A stretch of DNA of 64,000 bases from Leucoraja ocellata (taxonomy: Eukaryota): contig JAWMAR010000265.1 in assembly GCA_036785375.1 (NCBI GenBank), forward strand, positions 372,001-436,000, in the 5' to 3' direction. The notes under the pieces are model-generated. The model had not been told where the DNA came from and did no database searches. It saw only the letters and a list, made by a program, of their open reading frames with translations. Within the stretch, counting starts at the first letter, position 1. The number at the start of each line of letters is the position of its first letter. Position numbers and translations under genes: made by a program. Shown in pieces: positions 39,631-50,540 of the stretch.

Positions 39631-40194
39631 GATGATACTTTATTTATACATAAATTCACCAGAAATGTTTCAAATTATTTAAAACTGTAAGCAACTTGGA
39701 TTTGTTAAACAATTAATATCAATATCCTCCATATATCTGTATGTAGGTTACCAGAATCAGGCTTACTCATTGAGCCAAGACAGAATGCAAAGACTTAGAT
39801 TTTAGATTCATCTATGTGAGATTAAAAAACGTTGTATGCGCCTTGGACCAAATACCTGCTCTTCAAAGGCTCGAGAAGCAGCAAAGGATTTATATTGGTG
39901 TATTAAATGCGGTTACATCGTACTCTGACTATGGATACTGGAATTAGGAGTAACAGAGATTTCTCTTACCCTTGAAAAGACACAAAGTGTTGGAGTAACT
40001 CAGTGAGTCGGGCAGTATCCCTGGAGAATATGCACTGGTGATGTTTCAGGTCAGGACTACTTTCAATCACCATACTCCCTTCCCCAAATGGACTGGTGAA
40101 CATCAATGAAAGAACCTTCAAGTACTGTGGTACATCACTGCATCCATAGATAATTGTTCCCCAGTAAAGGTACTGCATGGCAGGCAGATTTTGT

Positions 40195-41300
40195 GCATGT
40201 TTAAAAAAGAACTGCAGATGCTGGTAAAATCGAAGGTAGACACAAAATGCTGGAGTAACTCAGCGGGTGAGGCAGCATCTATGGAGAGAAGGAATTGGCG
40301 ATGTTTCAGATCGAGACCTTTCTTCAGACTGATGTCAGGGGAGGGACAAAGATCGAATGTAGGCGGAGACCGTAAGACTGCTGCGAGAACTGGGAAGGGG
40401 GAGGGGATGGAGAGAGAAAGCAACGGCTGTCGAAAGTTAGAGAAGTCAATGTTCATACCGCTGGGGTGTAAACTGCCCAAGCGCAACATGAGGTACTGTT
40501 CCTCCATTTTGCGCTGGGCCTTACTCTGACAATGGAGGAGAACCAGGACATACAGGTCAGATTGAGAATGGGAGGCTGAGCCACCAGAAGATCGGGTAGG
40601 TTAAGACAAACTGAGTGGAGGTGTTCAGCGAAACGATCGCCGAGCCTGCACTTGGTCTCGCCGATGTACAGAAGTTGACACCTGGAACAGCGGATGCAGT
40701 AGATGAGGTTGGAGGAGGTGCAAGTGAACCTCTGCATCACCTGGATAAACTGTTTGGGCCCCTGGATGGAGTCGAGGGGGGAGGTATAGGGACAGGTGTT
40801 GCATCTCCTGCGGTTGCGGGGAAAGTACCTGGGGAGGGGGTGGCTTGGGTAGGAAATGGATGAGTTGACAGGGCATTTTGGAGGGAGCGGTCTCTGTGGA
40901 ATGCAGAAAGGGGCGGAGATGGGAAGATGTGGCCAGTAGTGGGATCCCGTTGGAGGTGGCAAAAATGTTGGAAGATTATATGCTGTATGCGATGACTGAT
41001 GGGGTGGAAGGTGAGGACAAGGGGGACTCTGTCTTTGTTAGAAATGGGGGGAAGGGGGAGCAAAAGCAGAGCTGTGGGATATTGAGGAGACCCTAGTGAG
41101 AGCTTCATCTATAATGGAAGAGGAGAACCCCCGTTCCCTAAAGAATGAGGACATCACCGAAGCCCTGGTATGGAACACCTCATCCTGGGCACAGATGCAG
41201 TGTAGACGGAGGAATTGGGAGTAGGGGATAGAGTCTTTCCAGGAAGCATGGTGGGAAGAAGTGTAGTCAAGATAGCTGTGGGAGTCAGTAGGTTTGTAAT
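40195..41300 (-). mobile_element. Penelope-like retroelement fragment with GIY-YIG endonuclease
   Basis: CNTCPY...FTCTSSNLIYCIRCSRCQLLYIGETKCRLGDRFAEH in ORF 40453..40962; frameshifted. Confidence 0.92.
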
Positions 41301-41394
41301 AGATGGTGCGGTGGTAATCTTATTAGTTGGGAAGATAATGTATTGGTGTGGAAAAAGCTACAATAAATGAAGACATTTCCTCAGCTGGGAAACA

Positions 41395-43340
41395 ATCACA
41401 CATTAACCACCACGCCATCTTTAAATTTGCAGATGAAACACCATTGTTGCCATTAAGAATGTTGCATGATGAGTCGGGGTACAGAAGAGAGATTGAGAAC
41501 ATGATGAACTGGTCCCAGAAACTACAAGCTCACTCTCTATGTGGGCAAAGAGCCGATTGTTACTGTAGGAAGGGAAGACCGAGGAAGCAATGAATCTGTC
41601 TTCATTGATGAGAAGATGACTACAGCTTTAAGTCCTGGGCTTGGCACATTTATGCAATGGCAAATAAAGCTGATTAAAGCCACTACATCCTTAGAGGTGT
41701 ATAATAGAGAGCATAGTATACAAACTTAAAGCACAAGGCATTGGGGGTTCAGTATTGATGTGGATAGAGAACTGGCTGGCAAACAAGAAGCAAAGAGTAG
41801 GAGTAAACGGGTCCTTTTCACAATGGCAGGCAGTGACTAGTGGGGTACTGCAAGGCTCAGTGCTGGGACCCCAGCTATTTACAATATATATTAATGATCT
41901 GGATGAGGGAATTGAAGGCAATATCTCCAAGTTTGCGGATGACACTAAGCTGGGGGGCAGTGTTAGCTGTGAGGAGGATGCTAGGAGACTGCAAGGTGAC
42001 TTGGATAGGCTGGGTGAGTGGGCAAATGTTTGGCAGATGCAGTATAATGTGGATAAATGTGAGGTTATCCATTTTGGTGGCAAAAAAGGGAAAGCAGACT
42101 ATTATCTAAATGGTGGCCGATTGGGAAAGGGGGAGATGCAGCGAGACCTGGGTGTCATGGTACACCAGTCATTGAAGGTAGGCATGCAGGTGCAGCAGGC
42201 AGTAAAGAAAGCGAATGGTATGTTAGCTTTCATTGCAAAAGGATTTGAGTATAGGAGCAGGGAGGTCTACTGCAGTTGTACAGGGTCTTGGTGAGACCAC
42301 ACCTGGAGTATTGCGTACAGTTTTGGTCTCCAAATCTGAGGAAGGACATTATTGCCATAGAGGGAGTGCAGAGACGGTTCACCAGACTGATTCCTGGGAT
42401 GTCAGGACTGTCTTATGAAGAAAGACTGGATAGACTTGGTTTATACTCTCTAGAATTTAGGAGATTGAGAGGGGATCTTATAGAAACTTACAAAATTCTT
42501 AAGGTGTTGGACAGGCTAGATGCAGGAAGATTGTTCCCGATGTTAGGGAAGTCCAGGACAAGGGGTCACAGCTTAAGGATAAGGGGGAAATCCTTTAAAA
42601 CCGAGATGAGAAGAACTTTTTTCACACAGAGAGTGGTGAATCTCTGGAACTCTCTGCCACAGAGGGTAGTTGAGGCCAGTTCAATGGCTATATTTAAGAG
42701 GGACTTAGAAGTGGCCCTTGTGGCTAAGGGGATCAGGGGGTATGGAGAGAAGGCAGGTATGGGATACTGAGTTGGATGATCAGCCATGATCATATTGAAT
42801 GGCGGTGCAGGCTCGAAGGGCCGAATGGCCTACTCCTGCACCTAACTTCTATGTTTCTATGTTTCTATATTGACTGGATGCATCATGGCCTGATTCTATA
42901 ACCTGAATACCCAGGAACAAAGGAGGTTTCAGAAAGTGATAAGCATTGCCCTATCGAGCACCAGTATTGACGTCCCCACCATTGAAGAGACCTACAGAAA
43001 GTACAGCTTCCAAAAGGCCATGAATATCATCAAAGACCCTCTCCACCCTGGCCATGCTCTCATCTCGCTGCTACCATTTGGAAGAAGGTACAGGAGCCTG
43101 AGAACCATGACCTATAGATTCAAGAACAGCATTGAACCACACTGCACAACCCTAACGACAACATTACCTCAGCAACGATCTACTGTGGACTTTAGTTTGC
43201 TTGCGCTATGTATTTCAGCTTTTCATTCTTCTGAGCTGGTTACCCGGTAAGTTATTGTATTATTTATTATGTTATTGCATTAATGTGCCTGGAAAGTTGC
43301 AGCAAGAAAGAATTTCATTCACCCCTTCCCAGTACAAATG
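41395..43340 (+). mobile_element. Decayed Rex1/Babar-like LINE, split by a younger CR1 at 41715-42868
   Basis: IFKFADET..YRREIENMMNW on the left, IIKDPLHPGHALISLLPFGRRYRSLRT on the right. Confidence 0.7.
41715..42868 (+). mobile_element. Young 5'-truncated CR1 LINE (RT domain, one frameshift near 42270)
   Basis: SGVLQGSVLGP, KFADDTKL, RPHLEYCVQFWSP; (tttctatg)n tail. Confidence 0.96.
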
Positions 43341-43569
43341 ATAATTAAACACACTTGACAATATCATTGATGGAATATTCAAGAGAGAGTTTTATTTAGC
43401 TCTTAGGGCTAAGGGAATCAAGGGATATGGGGAAAAAACTGGAACTGATTATGAATGATCAGCCATGATCATATTGGATGGCGGTGCTGGCTCAAAGGGC
43501 CAAATGGCCTACTCCTGCACCTATGTCTATGTTTCTATGTTTCTATGGAATCATCCCAAATTCCCAACT

Positions 43570-45005
43570 TAGGTGCAGTTCTGGTTGCCTGATTACAGGA
43601 AGGATGTGGAGTCTTAGTATGGGTGCAGCAGAGGTTTACAAGTATGATGCGTCAACTCTGGGGTGTTAGCTACAGGGAAAGGTTGGGCAGAAGTGGATTG
43701 TTTTCTCTGGAACACCAAATGTTTCAGGGAGACCAAATAAAACTAAGTTAAATTATGAGGCATAGATAGGGTAGACAGTCATAATCATTTTCCCAGGATG
43801 GATAAAACAAATACTGGAGGACATTGCTTTAAGGTGAAAGGGGTAAATTTTAAAGGAGACTAGACCAACTGGGACCCATTGGTTCCGTGTCACACGGGTG
43901 ACCTGGTCCCCCAACGCAACCCGTTCCCCAACGCAATATTGCACCACGGGAAGCGTGGTCCCCCAACTCAACCCGTTGCATAAGATTCCAGCACTCCTCT
44001 GCCTCCCTCAGCACTGGACTCACCTGCCTCCCTAAGCAGTGGACTTAAAAGAAAATTCCAATTGCACTTCCCCTGCCCACCAATTGCAATACCAATTTGC
44101 CCTCCCCCTCCTGTTGAAGCTCTTTGCTTTGATATCCCATTGAGGTGAAAGGTTCAGAGTATTCCTGTCTTGCAACTTTGTATTGAAGTGTGTTGGAGGC
44201 TGGCAGGAGGGTTTTAACAGTAAAAATCATGTTAAATTTAGCTTTTTTAAAGCTTTAATCATCAATAAAGTGAAATATAGCATCAAATCTTAAATGGACG
44301 ATTATGGCATGGAGATCAAAAATGTCAGAATGTGTAAAATTGTAAGTGCTAGCGGGTAGCGTTTTGAGGAAGATACAAAACATGCAGACAGACACACATA
44401 CAAAATGAGACTGTTATACATATACTAGACCAAGTGCAGACTGGGTCTGCTCCCCCAATGGTGTGATCTCCCAACCCAATATTCCACCATGCACCCGTCT
44501 CCTCCAACAGAACTGAAGCCGTTCCCAAATGTAAGATTCCAGCACTCCCCTGCCTCCCTCAGCAGTGGATTTATAAAATATTCCAATTGCACCTCCCCTG
44601 CCTGCTGCAGCAGTGAAAAGTTCAGAGTGTTCCTGTCTTGTAACTTTGTTTTGAAGTGTGTTGGAAGCTGATAGGAAAGAGCAGCCGTCAACGAATCAAA
44701 AGACAGAAAAGCAGCCGGACGCCGGACGGCAGGCGGCAGCCACACAGTTTTAATATATAATAGATAGATAGATGGATAGATGTGTGAGGCAAGTTTTTTA
44801 CTCAGTATGTGGTGAATGCCCGAAACCCGCTGCCAGGGTTGGTGGTTGAAACAGAAACATCAGTGGCATTCATTGGCATGCATTGGCATACGGCTATGCA
44901 GGGGATGGAGGGATATGGGTTATCTGCAGGTAGATAAGTGATGGTCTTGCATTCTGTTTAATGCAGACAGTGTGGGCCGAAGGGCCTGTTCTTGCGCTGT
45001 ACTGT
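43570..45005 (+). mobile_element. Old CR1 fragment interrupted by a Helitron at 43860-44780
   Basis: ...ttttaaaggaga | tgtgtgaggcaagttttttactcag rejoins as continuous CR1 sequence. Confidence 0.75.
43860..44780 (-). mobile_element. Two tandem or nested non-autonomous Helitron-like units (second begins at 44425)
   Basis: Minus strand 5'-TC...hairpin-CTAG-3', inserted between A and T with no TSD; shared internal sequence. Confidence 0.8.
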
Positions 45006-45799
45006 GTTAATCCATCTCTCCATACCTACATGCCATTTGACACCACTGTCTTTCCCAAAAGTTAAACACATAGTCTATGATATGGTAATATTGATAACAT
45101 TATTGTATCATTCAACCAAATTGGATTAGTTAGACAATTAACATGGGTATCCTCCATATTTCAGTATGTAGGTTACCAGACCCATGCTTATTAGTTGAGC
45201 TTGGACAGAAAACTGAAAGGATATGAACAAATTTTATATGCAGGATGGAACAAAGGTGGTCAAAGTAGCGAGAATGAGCAGGGTCACAGTAACTGTAAAG
45301 GTGGCTTGGTGGCAGAATGGACTAAAAACATGAATTAATACAGCAGTTACCAATTTGAAGAAGTCTAATATAATGGAAAGAACATTAAATTGGTGATTTA
45401 AATTGTGTTGGTTCAATAAGAAACAAATACCACATATTAAAATACTATTTAAACTTATTGTGGAGCTTGAATCCATGGACATCTATCCTCATGTTGTTGT
45501 AGAATAGTGCTAAAGATGTTTAGCGGACAAAGAAAATAGGAAACAAATTAATAGGGCTGAATTAATTGTTGCAATGGTTGCACAACTATTAGCATTTGCC
45601 ATCTCTGCAACATGACTTTATGATTTCTCTGCATTGTAGACATGGCCTTTTGTAATCAGTTACTTAGTGTTTCACAGAGGAGGATCTACATTAGAATTTT
45701 TAAAAAATCAGAGAATTGGTGTAATGCTAATCTATTTATCAACTAATTTTATTAGAAGATTCCCTAAAAATCTTTAGTTTTATGGCAAGTTTATGTCTA

Positions 45800-45990
45800 T
45801 AAGTGATAGGAGCAGAATTAGGCCATTCTGCCCATCAAGTCTACTCCGCCATTCAATCATGGCTGATTTAACTCTTAAACCCATTCTCCTGTCCTCTCCC
45901 CATAATCCCTGACACCCGTACTAATGAAGAATATATCTGTCTCTGCATTAAAATATCCATTGACTTGGCCTCCATAACCTTCTGTGACAT
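45800..45990 (-). mobile_element. CR1 3' tail fragment
   Basis: ggagcagaattaggccattc...ccattcaatcatggctgat is the reverse complement of the CR1 tail. Confidence 0.75.
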
Positions 45991-46579
45991 CCATATGGCA
46001 TTTTAAGGTATACTGATCCATAACTGTTAGTTAGCAAACTCATATGATCTATAATTCCATCAGACAAGTAGTTCAAATTTTTATTTATTTTAAAATTAAA
46101 TATATTTTTTCTAAAAACACTCTATTTGCATTTCACCTACTTTAATTTTATGGCCACAATTTCCATTTCAGTTTGGTGCTCTATAAATATTTAATATGCC
46201 AGCTTCAAAATAGTGTTTATTTCCTTTCTGATTTGTTGTGTGTGAAAATGTTTGCATGCTGATAGATGCAAGGCATAATATGCATCAAGGCTTCATTATG
46301 TCTGTCAATAACTTGCAGTGGAAAGGCTGAAAGCAGCACCGCGTTGTCATTGGATTTCAAGGTATGTGTTCCTTTCAGGAGTCACAGCCCATAATGCAAC
46401 AATGCATAATAGGCACTGGAAAATATCTGAAGAATCTATAATTCTCCAATGAAACTTTACCTTACAAACTTACATACTGAATGTAAAATAAAATGAAAAT
46501 AATTTAACTATCCGGAGGTTGAGGGGAGACCTGATAGAAGTATACAAAATGATGAGAGTTCCTATGTTGTACCTTCCGA

Positions 46580-47055
46580 GAGAAGATAGACACAAAAAGT
46601 TGGAGTAACTCAGTGGTCAGAGTGAGTAAGACAGTATCTCTGGAGAAAATGAATAGGTAACGTTTGGATCGAGATGCTTCTTCAGGCTGAGTGTTGGGGG
46701 ATAGGGGAATGAGAGATATAGATGGTGATATAGAGAGATATACAACTATTAAATGTAATATATGCCAAAAAGTGACGCTGATAAAGGAAACAGGCCATTG
46801 TTAGCTGTGGGCTAGGTGAGAACGAGTTACAGGCAATGAGACTCAACAAGATGACTTTGAAACTGGGTGGAGGAGGGTCGGAGAGAGAGGGGATGCAAGG
46901 GTTACTTGAATTCAGAGAGATCAATGTTCATACCGCTGGGTTGTAAGCTGCCCAAGCGAAATATGAGGTGCTGTTCTTCCAATTTGCATTTGGTCTCACT
47001 CTGACAACGGAGGAGGCCCAGGACAGAAAGGTCAGTGTGGTAATAGGAAGGAGAA
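46580..47055 (-). mobile_element. Penelope-like 3' fragment
   Basis: tcaatgttcataccgctgggttgtaagctgcccaagcg matches 40446-40485. Confidence 0.85.
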
Positions 47056-48108
47056 TTATGTTGTACCTTTGTGTTGTACCGTTCTATTTTCTATGTCCCA
47101 GTGTTTTGATATAACCTTAATTTAAAATATGTTGATATTCCTCATTACATTCATTAGATGCTTGTCAGTTCTCTTCACTTGTCAACGTCCTGAAAATATC
47201 CAAGCAATAAACTATCGGCAAACAGCAGATCCATGAAGCTATGGTGGGGCTCATTCAGGTCACCTGATAAAAAAATGCGGCAAATGTGCTTCCATGCAAT
47301 TGATGTCATTGATCTATTGATGTGCAAACAAATTCATAAGATTTTTCAAATGTTCTGTGATGATATAATGTATTTAAAAAATCTTGGTGCTTGCTCTTGG
47401 AAAGACACAGAGAATGAAAACAGGCTCTTCAGCCCACTTTCTCCACCAAATTGGCAGACTGGGCGAAGCAAATTTGCCTGTGTTTGACCCATAGTCCTCG
47501 AAACTTACTCTACCTTTCCAAATATCTGACCAAATTTATTTTACGTCATTATTATATCTGCTTTTTTAGCTTCCTCTTCAGCACATTCCAAATAAAGAGA
47601 AAAAATTTGCCCGTGAGATTCCTTTAAACATCTCCCTCCTCTCACTCTCACTGACTGTAGAATCTTCTACCCTTTCCCACCACTGACACCAGGTTCACTG
47701 ACCTACTGTCCCCTGGCGTGTCCTAGCTACCCTTCTTATGTAAGTTCCAGTACAACATTAGCCACCCTCCAGTCTTCAGGAACTTCATCTGTGGCTGAAG
47801 ATGATGAAACTGTCTCTGCAAATGTCTTTATAGTTTCCTCCCTGGCTTCCCACAAGCTCCGAAAATATTATTGAATTGTTTGTTAATTTCATTTGGACAA
47901 ATAGGCAAGTTACGGACATTGTAATCCGAGCAGATTTTTTTTTAAATAAGGAGGAATTAATAGGATAAGTGCAAAAGCAAGGTTTGTCAAAGATTATTAT
48001 GGACTGGAAAACAGTTATACATACAAGCATTCAAGATCACCAGGTCATGAACAAGTCAAGCAAATGACTGTAAATGTGTTTACAAGCTGGGCCTGGTATG
48101 TAGCTTAC

Positions 48109-48319
48109 CTGTCTCTTCTTGTGGTGAGGACTGAAGTCTGTCCATTCATTAATGAATGGTGAGTTATTGGTGGCGATGCTTTGGAAGTGGTAGTGGAGGT
48201 AGTAGAGGACAAATTATTGGCAGAGAGATCCAGCCCGCCATGCTTCAAAATGCCGTCTTCCATGTTGTGCACCCCGGTCACTTCTTTCCAGAGCTGCTGA
48301 ATCTCCGCAGGGCTTAAGC
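48109..48319 (-). CDS. FOXP2: FOXP2 exon 7 ([23 protein letters not shown]...SVLTTRRD)
   Basis: 211 nt, ttttccag|GC acceptor, GACAG|gtaagc donor, phase 1-2; lies within ORF 48105..48395. Confidence 0.96.
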
Positions 48320-49189
48320 CTGGAAAATTATGGCACAGATATATCTCAGAACTGAAAGGATAAGGACCACGGTGATGAAATGCATTTTGATTCAAGTCAA
48401 ACCTCTACCAGTTTATATTTTGACAAACAATAAATAAATATTCACTTGACTATACATTGCTCTGTAAATGCTATTCAATAAGGCCGTGTGATTAGTTGAC
48501 AATTCAATACACACTTCATGTTTAAAAATCTGACACACTCTGCATCAAATGGACAAAGTCCCAAGCAAAGCAAATTATGAAACGGCACATTGTCCCCTTG
48601 CATGTCCCTACAATGGTGATGCAAATCGATTTGATCACTGCTTTCTTTCAGCCAAATGTTACATATTTCAAAAATGTAAGATTATGAGGAATAACAGTGC
48701 AAGAGCTGGGATGGTCACAACTTCTACTGAGCTGCTGGTACTGTGGGATGTTACACTTCGGCAAACATAAGGAATTGGTTTGGTAACTGAATTGCTTGCA
48801 GTATTATTGCACATCCAATTCTATTTATTGATTTTGCTTTCTCTTTCAAAATTTTCTTTAGCCAGGACATAAAATCAGAAAATGAACCAATTTCTTTCTG
48901 ATGGATCACTGTACGCTTTTAATATGCTATTTTATATTGTCGGCAAATCATTTGCTGAATGAGCATTCATTTGTACAGGTGTCAGTTTTCTTGCTAATCA
49001 AATAATTTCCGGACTCCTGAAAGTTGGAAGTAACATGTTTAATGAATGGAAGAATAGTGACTGGGACAATATTAATCGGAGTTCTGTGATAAACTGAAAT
49101 GTTTCCTTGTAGAAATTGTCACAAACTGTCACAATGGAAAGGAATAAAATATCATTACAAATATTTGTTTTAGTTAAGTAAACTAAAGT

Positions 49190-49465
49190 AAAGATACAGC
49201 ACAGAAACGGGCTCTTCAGCCAACCAAGTCCACACTGACCAGTGATCCCCACACAGTAGCATTACCCTACACACACTAGGGACAATTTTAATTTATACCA
49301 ATCATATTAACCTACAAACCTGTACTTCTTTGGAGTGTGGGAGGAAACCAAAGATCTCAACGAAAACCCACGCAGGTCACGGGGAGAACATACAAACTCC
49401 GTACAGACAGCACCCGTTGCCGGGTCTCTGGCGCTGTAAGTGTTGCAACTCCACCGCGCTGCCCT
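49190..49465 (-). mobile_element. tRNA-derived V-SINE-like element with CR1-type tail
   Basis: tgtacggagtttgtatgttctccccgtgacctgcgtgggtttt core on the minus strand. Confidence 0.75.
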
Positions 49466-49643
49466 GTTTTGAACTTTTTGATAACATCTTACTATTAAAT
49501 ATTGCACCAAATTTGCTGCAATTTCATTGCATGCTACAGTTTCAATAATTAAAAATTAACTTCTATGCTTTTGTATACATTCAATGAATAATAGTCTTGT
49601 AATAAATGCTCTGCTGTGTAACTTCTTATGCTTTTGTTTGTAC

Positions 49644-49797
49644 CTTGTGGCAGAGATTGGACTGAAAGGGTCGGCTGTCCAGGCTGGATGGTAATGAGTC
49701 CCTGACGTTGTAGGTTCATCAAATGCTGTTGCTGCTGGATTTGTTGCATTTGGAGTAGCTGCTGTTGGAAGACTATCTGCTGGGCTGCCAACTGCTG
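49644..49797 (-). CDS. FOXP2: FOXP2 exon 6 ([51 protein letters not shown])
   Basis: 154 nt from the first of three tandem CAG acceptors; CAAG|gtacaa donor; phase 0-1. Confidence 0.94.
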
Positions 49798-50004
49798 CTG
49801 TACAAGATATACATCCAATCATAAGATATAAAGCACAGACTAAACCCACAGACAGCTAATTGTAACTGGTATATCTATTCACATCAGCAAGAGCCTCTTT
49901 TCATAATTCATGCCGTTCATGGCTTACAGGCAAAATTACGTTTTATTTTTCTCCATTACTTGTCTTTACTAAAATATAAATCCTTCTTAACTCAATCAGC
50001 TCTC

Positions 50005-50540
50005 CCCTTTTCCTAATTTGAGGAAGGACATCCTTGTGATTGAGGCAGTGCAGCGTAGGTTCACAAGATTGATCCCTGGGATGGCGGGATTGTCATATGA
50101 GGAAAGATTGTAAAGACTAGGCTTGTATTCACTGGAGGTTAGAAGGATGAGGGGGAATCTTATAGAAACATATAAAATTATAAAAGGACTGGACAAGCAA
50201 GCTGCAGGAAATATGTTCCCAATGTTGGGCGAGTCCAGAACCAGGGACCACAGTCTTAGAATAAAGGGGCCATTTAAGACTGAGGTGAGAAAAAACCATT
50301 TCACCCAGAGAGTTGTGAATTTATGGAATTCCCTGCCACAGAGGGCAGTGGAGGCCAAGTCACTGAATGGATTTGAGAGAGAGTTAGATGGAGCTCTAGG
50401 GGCTAGTGGAATCAAGGGATATGGGGAGAAGGGTTATTGATAGGGGACAATCAGCCATGATCACAAGCAATGGTGGTGCTGGCTCGAAGGGCCGAATGGC
50501 CTCCTCCTGCACCTATTTTCTATGTTTCTATGTTTCTATG
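50005..50540 (+). mobile_element. CR1 LINE 3' fragment
   Basis: ORF 50123..50440 RRMRGNLIETYKI...FTQRVVNLWNSLP; (tttctatg)n tail. Confidence 0.92.

Noticed and set aside
41755-42770. Intact RT gene or novel RT system
   Set aside because: Standard 5'-truncated CR1 ORF2 with a frameshift and typical tail.
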